A program made the translations under genes and the position numbers. Below, piece by piece: positions 30,471-39,556 of a DNA stretch of 64,000 nt. The stretch spans positions 512,001-576,000 of the forward strand of contig OZ220741.1 in assembly GCA_965116885.1 (NCBI GenBank). Direction: 5' to 3'. Origin of the DNA: Candidatus Latescibacterota bacterium (GTDB lineage: Bacteria > Latescibacterota > UBA2968). Within the stretch, counting starts at the first letter, position 1; each line of letters starts with the position of its first letter. The notes beneath the pieces are model-generated. The model was not told the origin of the DNA, made no database searches, and worked only from the letters and a program-made list of their open reading frames with translations.

Positions 30471-31013
30471 TCAAGGCATCGGTTTGTACGGAAATGACGA
30501 ATGATGCAAATTGATACGCAGCTTGCCATTCTCGTCCTTAAAATAGCCAAACGTGAACTCCACTTTGGCTTCTTTTCCGGTATTCGCGTCTGTAAAATAG
30601 TAATTCCCCATTGCAATGGCCGAGTCTCCATCAATGATAACATCAGCGTTCTCAAATCGGACTTTGCTCCACGGCTGGATAGCAAAACCGCGATCTTCAG
30701 GTACAATACCCGTCACAAAATAAGATACGGCCTCTTCTTTTGTTAATCGAAATTGCTTTTCTGACGCCTTCGTAGGCTTAAACAGAACCACGCCTTCATC
30801 ATAACCATATAACGTATCGACAGTCTCTTCGGCCAGTGCCTTATAGTCCTCTTTTTGCGTATATGCCTCACCGATAGCGACAATTGCTTCGCCCCAAATT
30901 TTTTGGGCCTCCATAACCTCTTTCTCAACAATACCATTATCTTTCATAACATCCTCTGCATATCCCGTCGCCACAACCACCAGCGTTGCCAATAGTGTCA
31001 ATTGAATCTTCAT
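30471..31013 (-). CDS. Secreted iota-class (COG4337-like, SnoaL/NTF2 fold) carbonic anhydrase candidate
   Basis: Signal peptide; VLFKPT, AMGNYYF, VEFTFGY, C-terminal LHHSS.PY. Confidence 0.7.
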   Translation of the reverse strand: MKIQLTLLATLVVVATGYAEDVMKDNGIVEKEVMEAQKIWGEAIVAIGEAYTQKEDYKALAEETVDTLYGYDEGVVLFKPTKASEKQFRLTKEEAVSYFVTGIVPEDRGFAIQPWSKVRFENADVIIDGDSAIAMGNYYFTDANTGKEAKVEFTFGYFKDENGKLRINLHHSSFPYKPMP

Positions 31014-31220
31014 TTTTTGCCCCTCCTATTTAAGCAATCGTATCCGACTGCATCGCATTATTTCTTTCTCTTGTATTTCATACATAAAAAATTTCTCTTT
31101 GTGTGTCAAATCAAAATCTTCCTGACAAGCAGTCTTTTTTGGCAAAAAAATCCGTTTTGTGTATCTTCTGCCTCTGTCGTAACAAATCCTGCTCCTCTAT
31201 GCAAACACTAAGGAATTTTC

Positions 31221-32141
31221 ATGCTCGGCAAATTAATCGACAAACTGAAAACAGGACTGACCAAAACCCGCGAAGGCATGGTACAAAAAATTCGCGAAGT
31301 CATTCGGCGGCGTCCTGAAATCGACGAAGAAACCCTTGAAGAAATTGAAGAAATTCTCATCGAAGCCGACATTGGCGTAGAACCCACCCTCCGCATAATT
31401 GACCAACTGCGCGAACGCTTTGAAACCGGCGAACCCGTTGAAAACCCGGAAATCCAGGAATTTCTCGAAGAAGAAATCCGCAAAATCCTCCTGCCTTCAG
31501 ACACCGCGCCATCTATCGCAATCACAACCAAACCCCACGTCATCCTCGTCGTAGGCGTCAACGGCGTGGGTAAAACCACCACCATAGGCAAAATGGCCCA
31601 CAAACTCAGCCGCGAAGGCAAAAAAGTGCTCTTTGCCGCGGGAGACACATTTCGGGCAGCAGCCATTGACCAACTCGGCATCTGGGCAGACCGCACGGGA
31701 TCTGACATCGTGCAACACCAACCGGGCGCAGACGCAGCATCCGTGGCATTCGACGCCATTCAGGCAGCCAGAGCACGCGACATCGACGTCGTACTCATCG
31801 ACACAGCGGGCCGCCTGCACACAAAAATCAACCTCATGGAAGAAGTCAAAAAAATCCGCCGCGTCGTCGCCAAAGCCCTGCCCGGTGCCCCCCACGAAAC
31901 CCTGCTCGTACTCGACGCCACCACAGGACAAAACGCCGTCATACAAGCAAAACAATTTCACAGTACAGTCGAACTCACGGGCCTTGTCCTCGCAAAACTC
32001 GACGGCACTGCCAAAGGAGGTGTCGTCATCGCCATTGCCGACGAACTCGACCTGCCCGTGCGCTATGTTGGCCTGGGAGAAGGCGTTGAGGACCTGCACG
32101 ACTTCGACCCCGAAAACTTTGTCAGAGCCCTATTTGATTAA
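31221..32141 (+). CDS. ftsY: Signal recognition particle receptor FtsY
   Basis: [31 protein letters not shown]. Confidence 0.96.
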   Translation: MLGKLIDKLKTGLTKTREGMVQKIREVIRRRPEIDEETLEEIEEILIEADIGVEPTLRIIDQLRERFETGEPVENPEIQEFLEEEIRKILLPSDTAPSIAITTKPHVILVVGVNGVGKTTTIGKMAHKLSREGKKVLFAAGDTFRAAAIDQLGIWADRTGSDIVQHQPGADAASVAFDAIQAARARDIDVVLIDTAGRLHTKINLMEEVKKIRRVVAKALPGAPHETLLVLDATTGQNAVIQAKQFHSTVELTGLVLAKLDGTAKGGVVIAIADELDLPVRYVGLGEGVEDLHDFDPENFVRALFD

Positions 32142-32169
32142 TTGACGCCAATGAGAAATCGGGTATATT
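32142..32169 (+). promoter_or_regulatory. Possible sigma70 promoter for iscS-mrp
   Basis: TTGACG-16 nt-TATATT. Confidence 0.45.
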
Positions 32170-32209
32170 CAGAAAAACGCGAATAGACGAACCCTGCCCA
32201 ACCTCCCAA

Positions 32210-32237
32210 CGGGCGGGCACAGGGGCACCGCCCCTAC
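32210..32237 (-). repeat. GTAG-type REP-like palindrome, copy 3
   Basis: CGGGCGGGCACAGGGGCACCGCCCCTAC; shares the upstream GAATAGACGAACCC flank with copy 2. Confidence 0.8.
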
Positions 32238-32267
32238 GGTTTCACACTTCTCACTTCACACTTCTTC

Positions 32268-33428
32268 ATGCCTACCCAACTGCCCATATATCTCGACAAC
32301 AACGCCACCACACCCATAGATGAACGGGTGCTCAACGCGATGTTGCCCTATCTCAAAGACCGATTTGGCAATGCCGCCAGCCGCACACACACCTTTGGGT
32401 GGCATGCCGAAGATGCCGTTGATCTGGCGCGGGAACAAATAGCCAGCCTCATCAACGCACAGCCCAAAGACATCGTCTTCACCAGCGGTGCCACAGAATC
32501 TGACAACCTCGCCATCAAAGGCGTGGCAGCCGCAGCCACCAACGCGCACATCATCACGCAAGCCACCGAGCACCACGCCGTGCTCGACTCTTGCCGCGCG
32601 CTGGAACGCGACAGCGTCTCGATCACAATCTTGCCCGTAGATTCACACGGTATTACCGACCCATCAGACATCGCAAACGCCATCACAGACAACACCGCAC
32701 TCGTCTCCATCATGGCGGCCAACAACGAAATCGGCACCTGCCAGGCCATTGAAGAAATCGGAGCGATATGTCGCACAAAAAACATCTATTTTCACACAGA
32801 TGCAGCACAGGCCATTGGCAAATACCCGATCGATGTCGAAGCCATGCACATTGACCTCCTCTCCATCTCTGCCCACAAACTCTACGGACCCAAAGGCGCA
32901 GGCGCGCTCTATGTGCGCAGTCGCCCGCGCGTTCGCCTCGTCGGCCAAATAGACGGCGGGGGCCATGAAAAAGGCATGCGCTCTGGCACGCTCAATGTAC
33001 CGGGCATTGTGGGCATGGGAGAAGCCTGCGCACTTGCACAAAAACACATCGAAACCGAAGCAAAACACAGTGAAAACTTGCGCCATCGCCTGCAAAAACA
33101 CCTCTTCAATGCGCTGCCCCAGATACAACTCAACGGCCACCCCGAACAACGCCTGCCGGGCAACCTCAACATCAGCTTTGCCGGTGTGGATGGCGAAAGC
33201 CTGCTCATGAGCTTGCAAGACATAGCTCTCTCATCCGGATCGGCGTGTACATCCGCATCTCTCGAACCGTCTTACGTACTCAAAGCCATTGGCGTCAGCA
33301 ATGACATGGCCCAGTGCAGCATACGCTTTGGCATTGGTCGATTCAACACCGAAGTAGAAATCGACTATGTTGCAGAGCGCGTAATTCAAGAAGTCAATCG
33401 CCTGCGCGAAATATCGCCGAACTATTAA
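32268..33428 (+). CDS. iscS: Cysteine desulfurase
   Basis: [33 protein letters not shown]. Confidence 0.95.
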   Translation: MPTQLPIYLDNNATTPIDERVLNAMLPYLKDRFGNAASRTHTFGWHAEDAVDLAREQIASLINAQPKDIVFTSGATESDNLAIKGVAAAATNAHIITQATEHHAVLDSCRALERDSVSITILPVDSHGITDPSDIANAITDNTALVSIMAANNEIGTCQAIEEIGAICRTKNIYFHTDAAQAIGKYPIDVEAMHIDLLSISAHKLYGPKGAGALYVRSRPRVRLVGQIDGGGHEKGMRSGTLNVPGIVGMGEACALAQKHIETEAKHSENLRHRLQKHLFNALPQIQLNGHPEQRLPGNLNISFAGVDGESLLMSLQDIALSSGSACTSASLEPSYVLKAIGVSNDMAQCSIRFGIGRFNTEVEIDYVAERVIQEVNRLREISPNY

Positions 33429-33447
33429 ATTTATCCCCGGAGCCACC

Positions 33448-34257
33448 ATGCCAACCCCAGACCGTCCCCAACGCCCCGAAATCTTACCCGAAGTCAAAAA
33501 CATCGTCGCAGTATCCAGCGGCAAAGGCGGCGTGGGCAAAACAACGGTTAGTGTAAACCTCGCGGTCTCACTCGCCAAACAGGGCGCGACAGTTGGCTTG
33601 CTCGACGCGGATATTTACGGTCCCAATGTGCCGATCATGATGGGCAGTATGGCGCAACCCAGGTCAATAGGCCAAAAAATACTGCCCCTTGAAAATCACA
33701 ATGTCAAATTCATGTCCCTCGGCCTCATCGCCGGAGAAAATGCCCCCATTATATGGCGCGGTCCCATCGTGGGCAGAATGATACAGCAATTCATGGTTGA
33801 CGTAATATGGGGCGCGCTCGACTACCTCGTCGTCGATCTACCCCCCGGCACGGGTGATGCACAACTCACCCTTGCCCAAACCGTGCCACTCAGCGGTGCG
33901 GTCATAGTCACCACCCCGCAAAATGTCGCTCTCGAAGACGTACATCGCGGCATAGAAATGTTCCGCAAAGTCGAAGTCCCCATCCTCGGCGTTGTCGAAA
34001 ACATGAGCTATTTTCTCTGCCCGTGTTGTGGAGATCGCACGCCCCTCTTCGGCGAAGGCGGGGGGCAACACCTCGCCGATGCTTATGGCCTGCCCCTGCT
34101 CGGACAAATCCCCATCCAGCCCAATATTCGCGAAGGCGGCGACACGGGTGCGCCCATCGCAACAGGTGAAAACAATGCTTTCCCCGAAATCGCCCGTCGC
34201 ATTACCGACGCACTGGCAGAAAGAGAAAGCGACCTGCCCGAAATCACAATTGTCTAA
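33448..34257 (+). CDS. mrp: Mrp/ApbC Fe-S cluster carrier ATPase
   Basis: GKGGVGKTT, DADIYGP, DLPPGTGD, ENMS..CPCC. Confidence 0.93.
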   Translation: MPTPDRPQRPEILPEVKNIVAVSSGKGGVGKTTVSVNLAVSLAKQGATVGLLDADIYGPNVPIMMGSMAQPRSIGQKILPLENHNVKFMSLGLIAGENAPIIWRGPIVGRMIQQFMVDVIWGALDYLVVDLPPGTGDAQLTLAQTVPLSGAVIVTTPQNVALEDVHRGIEMFRKVEVPILGVVENMSYFLCPCCGDRTPLFGEGGGQHLADAYGLPLLGQIPIQPNIREGGDTGAPIATGENNAFPEIARRITDALAERESDLPEITIV

Positions 34258-34343
34258 CTTTTCGGGCTTGCGAACAAAAAAAAATCCCTTACATTAAATT
34301 CCCGTGACCACTCAAATCCAAACACCAACCTGAAAGGCATGCC

Positions 34344-35522
34344 ATGAGTGCAACTTACGAAACGCTCGTCGCACGGGCAGAGGCCAACACAACAGGGCTT
34401 TCTCCAGAACGCGCACAGGAGAAAATCCATACAAATGGCACATTGCTCATAGACGTGCGCGAGCGTGAAAACTATATCGAAGGATATATCCCGGGCGCAG
34501 AAAATGTGCCGCGTGGCTTTCTCGAACTCCGCATAGAAAGCATGGACAACGACCGCGACCGCGCAATCATTATCTATGGTGCTCAGGGCCAGGGCGCATT
34601 AGCCGCACAGGCGCTTCAAGACATGGGCTATTCCGATGTCGCGTATATCCAGGGCGACATCGATTCCTGGAAAAACGCCGGTCTCGACATCAACCAGGAC
34701 CGCGCGCTCGACAAAGCCGAAGTACAGCGCTACTCCCGTCACCTCCTCATCCCCGAAGTGGGAGAACGCGGACAGGGCAAACTCCTCGACGCCAAAGTCC
34801 TGCTCATCGGCGCAGGCGGATTGGGCAGCCCAACCGGACTTTATCTCGCCGCAACTGGCATTGGGACACTGGGAATTGTCGATGCCGACATCGTCGATGT
34901 CACCAACTTGCAACGCCAGATACTACACGGCACATCTGACCTGGGTCGTCTCAAAGCCATCTCGGCTTACGAAACCCTCAAAGAAATTAACCCCGGCTGC
35001 GATGTGGTGCCACACACCGACTATCTCACATCCGACAACATCATGGACATCCTCCCCGAATACGACATCATCGTCAACGGATGCGACAACTTCCCAACGC
35101 GCTATCTCGTCAACGATGCGTGTGTCTTCCTCAAAAAACCCATCGTGGATGGCAGCATCTTCCGCTTTGAAGGTCAGGTCACGGTGTACACGTGCGACGG
35201 TGAGGGGCCTTGCTACCGCTGCCTCTACCCAGCGCCACCGCCGGCAGACCTGGCACCATCGTGAGACGAAGCAGGCGTGCTGGGTGTTCTGCCCGGCACA
35301 GTTGGCCTCGTGCAGGCCACAGAAGTTGTCAAACTCATACTCGGTCAGGGGGATCCACTCATCGGTCGCTTACTGATGTACGACGCCCTGCAAATGAACT
35401 TCAACACATTCAAAATTCGCCGCGACAAAAATTGCCCTGTATGCGGCGACAACCCGACCATCACCGAACTCATGGACTATCAGGCATTCTGCGCCATGGA
35501 TCACAGCGACGCGGCGGATTAA
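34344..35522 (+). CDS. moeZ: Rhodanese-MoeB/ThiF fusion (MoeZ-like), probable selenoprotein; in-frame TGA at 35262-35264
   Basis: RYSRH, GAGGLGSP, NLQRQ, PCYRC, then APS-TGA-DEAGVLGVLPG continuing in frame to CPVC; the ORF track splits it in two. Confidence 0.85.
35277..35299 (+). promoter_or_regulatory. Candidate bacterial SECIS hairpin
   Basis: GTGCTGGGT-GTTCT-GCCCGGCAC, 9-bp stem starting 12 nt after the TGA; loop starts with G. Confidence 0.7.
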
Positions 35523-35542
35523 CCGTCGCAGCACAAAAACAC

Positions 35543-35581
35543 AAAGGGGTGAAACCACCAATCGGTTTCACCCCTTTTGTT
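35543..35581. terminator. Intrinsic terminator after moeZ (likely bidirectional)
   Basis: AAAGGGGTGAAACC/GGTTTCACCCCTTTT. Confidence 0.8.
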
Positions 35582-35582
35582 T

Positions 35583-35638
35583 GACCTACCCCCCTAGCCC
35601 CCCTTCCTGCGAGGAAGGGGGGAACCAGGTCTCCCCCT
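35583..35638. repeat. C/G-rich hairpin repeat, partial copy
   Basis: Nearly identical to the first ~55 bp of the element at 13852. Confidence 0.75.
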
Positions 35639-35661
35639 CGCCTTTCATCTGTGAAAAACAC

Positions 35662-36759
35662 TCAAATTACTCGCGTTTTTTTCTGCGTCATCTGCGGATG
35701 ATAATGCCCCCTATCTCTATCCTCCACAATACGATCATCTACAGGCACCTCGAAGCGATCCGCCCATTCGCCAATTTGCTGATTAATCGTATCGGGTATC
35801 TCAATGCCGTGTTTGAGGCGGTGTCTGCGGTTGCGGTACTCAAAATCCCCCGGGACCAGAACTTCATCTACCCCATCGGCGGGTTCGGTCGTCTTCATCG
35901 CATCTAAAAATGCGCGAATATCCTGTTGATAACTATCCAGGTCTGTAAATGTACTGATATCAATAACCTGCATAAACGCGCCCCCAGAACGCCGGCCCTC
36001 CCTTTGGGCTCCTGAAAGCAGCCCCATCAAACAGATCATCAGCGAAAGCGCGTAGCCCTTGTGCTCTCCAAAAGTACGCAAAAATCCACCATCGTAAAAA
36101 TCGAGAGGATTGGTTGACGGCTTGTTATGCTTATCCACAATAAAAGTATCGGGAATCGACGCATTCTTGCTTCGCGCGACCTGGAGCTTGCCCTCGGCGA
36201 CCATGGCAGTGGCAAAATCGATTACAAAAGGCGCCTCATCGCCAGTGGGAACACCCACCGCAATGGGATTGGTACCCAGACTTCCCTTCTTCCCTCCAAA
36301 AGGCAGAACTTTCATCGTATTGGGCGAACCCCCACCAACCATGCAAATACCGATAAAACCCCCGCGCGCGGCAATCTCAACATATTCTCCCAGACGTCCA
36401 ATATGTGCAACCCGCGTGAATGAAACCGAACAAATTTCAGAAGTTCGCGCTTTTTCCATCGCCTGATGGACCGCGCGATAAGCCGTAAGATGCCCCAGCC
36501 CCCCGTTGCCGTCCAGAACCAGTGTAGTAGCCGATTCCCGCGCCGTAGTCGGTTCAGCCGCCGGATTCATCCCCCCCTCGGAGATATTAGTGAGATACAG
36601 GGGGATGCGGAGAACACCGTGAGAATCGTGACCTGCGAGATTGGCATTCACCAGAATCTTCGCCACAATACCTGCAATATCAGGTGTCGCACCAGAAGCT
36701 TCAAACAAACGTCTCGTAAGCGCGTGAAGATGTGCGGGTTGATACGTGTGCATTTGCAT
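35662..36759 (-). CDS. Ldh_2 (malate/L-lactate/sulfolactate dehydrogenase) family oxidoreductase
   Basis: ANLAGHDSHG, HIGRLG, GTNPIA, DFATA, GEHKGYAL, VLVPG. Confidence 0.9.
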   Translation of the reverse strand: MQMHTYQPAHLHALTRRLFEASGATPDIAGIVAKILVNANLAGHDSHGVLRIPLYLTNISEGGMNPAAEPTTARESATTLVLDGNGGLGHLTAYRAVHQAMEKARTSEICSVSFTRVAHIGRLGEYVEIAARGGFIGICMVGGGSPNTMKVLPFGGKKGSLGTNPIAVGVPTGDEAPFVIDFATAMVAEGKLQVARSKNASIPDTFIVDKHNKPSTNPLDFYDGGFLRTFGEHKGYALSLMICLMGLLSGAQREGRRSGGAFMQVIDISTFTDLDSYQQDIRAFLDAMKTTEPADGVDEVLVPGDFEYRNRRHRLKHGIEIPDTINQQIGEWADRFEVPVDDRIVEDRDRGHYHPQMTQKKTRVI

Positions 36760-36769
36760 AAAAAATCTC

Positions 36770-37702
36770 CTAAAGCCCTGCGGCGAAAAACTCTTCGAAC
36801 ACCTCATCGGAAACCGTTGCACACGCCGCGCGCACATTGGCTTCGAGTTGCGCCTTATTCAGACTGCCGAGCGGATTGCCGTGAATGCGAGACTCTCGGA
36901 TGGAAAATTGCAACGTCAACTCGAGCAAGTTATACCCGCGTTCCTCGCACCACAGGCGCATATTCTCGGCGCGCTCGTGATCTTCTCGCCAGCGATCACG
37001 GGGCACAAAATTTTCCAACGGCACACCCGTGAGATAACCTCGCATAATCGACCAGCCATTCATCACACCCAGATCGTGCTCCGCCGCAGCGGGCAAAATA
37101 TCTTCGCTAATGGTCTGCCGCAAAAGATTGTGATCCCCAAAACACAGAAAACAATCCGTACGCCCCGATTCGATCTGCGCCAGATGAAAATCGTGGGGCC
37201 GCATCCCGTATCCAATAAAATTGACCCACCCCCGTTCCCGCGCCTTTTCCAATCCCTCAAGCGTACCACCCGCAACCAGCGTAGCCTCGATACTCCACGG
37301 ATCGTGAATAAAAAGCACATCGAAATAATCAATCCCCAAAATCTCAAGCTGATCTTCTATATCGGCAAGCGCGTGCTCGGTTGAGTAATCCGGGTCTCCA
37401 TCTCCATATCCCCCCCACTTCGCGGCACTGTGACAGCAAACGCGCCCACTAATAATGATCTCATCGCGCTCGACAACGCCCTGCTTAATCGCAAGACCGA
37501 GCTTTCGAAGCGAATCGCCATAACACCGCGCACAATCGAAGTGATTGACCCCAATATCCACCGCAAACCGAATGAGGTCTGCGGCTTCATCATCGGTAAC
37601 AGGACCAAAATTATTGCCAAACCCCTGCGTACCAAAGGGAATAACGGGAATAGAAAGTTCCGTTTTGCCCCAGCGACGACGTGGGACTTGTTTTTCAATC
37701 AT
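36770..37702 (-). CDS. Aldo/keto reductase
   Basis: RRRWGKTEL, GVNHFDCARCYG, LGIDYFDVLFIHDP. Confidence 0.85.
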   Translation of the reverse strand: MIEKQVPRRRWGKTELSIPVIPFGTQGFGNNFGPVTDDEAADLIRFAVDIGVNHFDCARCYGDSLRKLGLAIKQGVVERDEIIISGRVCCHSAAKWGGYGDGDPDYSTEHALADIEDQLEILGIDYFDVLFIHDPWSIEATLVAGGTLEGLEKARERGWVNFIGYGMRPHDFHLAQIESGRTDCFLCFGDHNLLRQTISEDILPAAAEHDLGVMNGWSIMRGYLTGVPLENFVPRDRWREDHERAENMRLWCEERGYNLLELTLQFSIRESRIHGNPLGSLNKAQLEANVRAACATVSDEVFEEFFAAGL

Positions 37703-38082
37703 GTCAAAGAGTCTCCATTATCCAGTGCATATTCCTTCAGCGTATCCAAATCGACAAACTCAAGCGTGGAAATATGCGTACCCGAAAGATAAACGGGAGG
37801 AGCAAAACCCGCATTGAGAGCTTCAACCCAGCGCTGAACACACAAACACCAGCGATCGCCCGGCACAAGACCGGGAAAGCGCAATTCGGGCACAGGCGTA
37901 CTCAGGTCATTGCCCGCAGACTGGGAAAAAGCCAAAAATTCTTCCGTCATCTCCGCACAGAGAATATGCAACCCCAAATCACCCGGCCCCGTGCGACAAC
38001 ATCCATCTCTAAAAAAACCCGTCATAGGATCAGTACAACAATCCTCGAGTTCCTCGCCCAAAACATTTTTACCGCGATTCAT
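37699..38082 (-). CDS. DUF2237 family protein
   Basis: NVLGE.L..C..DPMTGFFRDGCC, GNDLSTP, PGDRWCLC..RW. Confidence 0.85.
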   Translation of the reverse strand: MNRGKNVLGEELEDCCTDPMTGFFRDGCCRTGPGDLGLHILCAEMTEEFLAFSQSAGNDLSTPVPELRFPGLVPGDRWCLCVQRWVEALNAGFAPPVYLSGTHISTLEFVDLDTLKEYALDNGDSLT

Positions 38083-38096
38083 TTTCACTCCAAAAT

Positions 38097-39437
38097 TTAA
38101 TTCGTATAAGGCACAGTACCGCTCTCATTCACCGTATATCCCCACTGCCGAATATAATCTGCACCGGGCAAAAATTCATCGCCTTGTGCATCGAGGCGGC
38201 GTTGGAGCCAGACATCCAAATCGCTGCACAAATCCGCGCATTCGGGATCGTCAACGAGATTATTCAACTGAAAGGGATCGGCCTCGTTATCATACAGCAA
38301 CCACGGTCCATCGAGCGAGCGAACATACGTATATTGCCCCGTCCGCAAGCCGCGATACTCGCGCGCGCCCCTATCGCGCGTCCACTGCCCAAAAGGCTGC
38401 GGACATTGTAAAAGCGCGGCACCATCAGAAGGATTCTCACCGCCGTTGAGATAGGCCGAAAAATCCAGCCCCTCAACCGTATCGGGAATATCGATCCCAC
38501 AAAGCCCCAAAAGCGTGGGCATAATGTCCGGTATATCAATGGGATCATGGACCTCCCGCCCCTCCAACCCAAATTGCGCCGGCCATCGCAACAAAAACGG
38601 AATGCGAATAGACTCCTCCCAGGGCTGTTGCTTTTTCGCACTCCCCTGTGAGCCGAGCATATCGCCGTGATCCGAAAAAAAGAGCAAAAGCGTATCGTCG
38701 GCTATCCCTTTATCGTCCAGCGTCTGGAGCAAATCGCCCATACAATCGTCCAGCGCCGTGCAGTGGGCGTAATAGCCCGCAATCCATTCTCGGGCATTTG
38801 CTTCGGATTCTGGCGGCACATTCCCGCGTAAAGGCACATCATCGGGGCGATACATCGCGCGGTATTTTTCCGGCGCAGTCTCATAAGGCGCGTGCGGTGG
38901 CCCCCACGAAAGCACGAGCAAAAAGGGATTCTCCGAGTCGTGATTCTGGATGTACTCTTGCACATCGCGCGTCTGTGCAATCGCGTCGTATCCCTTCCAC
39001 GTGAGCTTCTCGTCAGAATCATTCGCATAATAAAAAGAATTATTGTAATTGTGCGTACACTCCAGCACCTTCCAATAGTCAAACCCCTGCCGATTTTCGG
39101 GCGGAATATAATTGGATCGCCCATTTGCATTTACATGCCATTTGCCGACATAAGCGGTATCGTATCCCGCACTCTTAAAAGCCTGTGCCAGACTAACAGC
39201 CCTATCGCTCAAATGGACATCATTGACAAAAACACCATGCGTCAGCGGATATTGCCCCGTCAGCAGAGACGCCCGCGCCGGGCAACAAACCGAACAACCC
39301 GAAACCGCGTGTGTCGCATTGATACTTTGAGAAGCGAGACGATCGATATTCGGCGTCTGCACACAGGAATTGCCGGCATAACCAAACGCCTGTGCGCGCC
39401 ACTGGTCGCCAAAAATGAGAATGACATTACTGGCCAT
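38097..39437 (-). CDS. Sulfatase (Cys-type, formylglycine-dependent)
   Basis: DQWR, CCPARASLLTG, GKWH, PPHAPY, SDHGDM. Confidence 0.92.
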   Translation of the reverse strand: MASNVILIFGDQWRAQAFGYAGNSCVQTPNIDRLASQSINATHAVSGCSVCCPARASLLTGQYPLTHGVFVNDVHLSDRAVSLAQAFKSAGYDTAYVGKWHVNANGRSNYIPPENRQGFDYWKVLECTHNYNNSFYYANDSDEKLTWKGYDAIAQTRDVQEYIQNHDSENPFLLVLSWGPPHAPYETAPEKYRAMYRPDDVPLRGNVPPESEANAREWIAGYYAHCTALDDCMGDLLQTLDDKGIADDTLLLFFSDHGDMLGSQGSAKKQQPWEESIRIPFLLRWPAQFGLEGREVHDPIDIPDIMPTLLGLCGIDIPDTVEGLDFSAYLNGGENPSDGAALLQCPQPFGQWTRDRGAREYRGLRTGQYTYVRSLDGPWLLYDNEADPFQLNNLVDDPECADLCSDLDVWLQRRLDAQGDEFLPGADYIRQWGYTVNESGTVPYTN

Positions 39438-39483
39438 AAAAAATCCTTTGCATTAAAAAGTGATCCCACAAAAAACCGCGACA

Positions 39484-39528
39484 ATATTATAAACCAAAAA
39501 GCCTCTTGTCAATGTATCTGACAAGAGG
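39484..39528 (-). promoter_or_regulatory. Terminator hairpin overlapping a sigma70 promoter for the sulfatase operon
   Basis: CCTCTTGTCA/TGACAAGAGG-T5; minus-strand TTGACA-17 nt-TAATAT. Confidence 0.6.
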
Positions 39529-39556
39529 TAAAAATGATGCGTTATTCACAACCCCC

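Noticed and set aside
30471..31013. Phosphoribosyl-AMP cyclohydrolase label often given to this family
   Set aside because: No HisI Cys/His metal motif; it has a signal peptide and the HHSS motif instead.
35262..35522. moeZ as a nonsense pseudogene plus a separate 81-aa ORF
   Set aside because: The stop sits at the conserved Cys position, the frame is intact after it and a SECIS-like hairpin follows; recoding is more parsimonious, though unproven.
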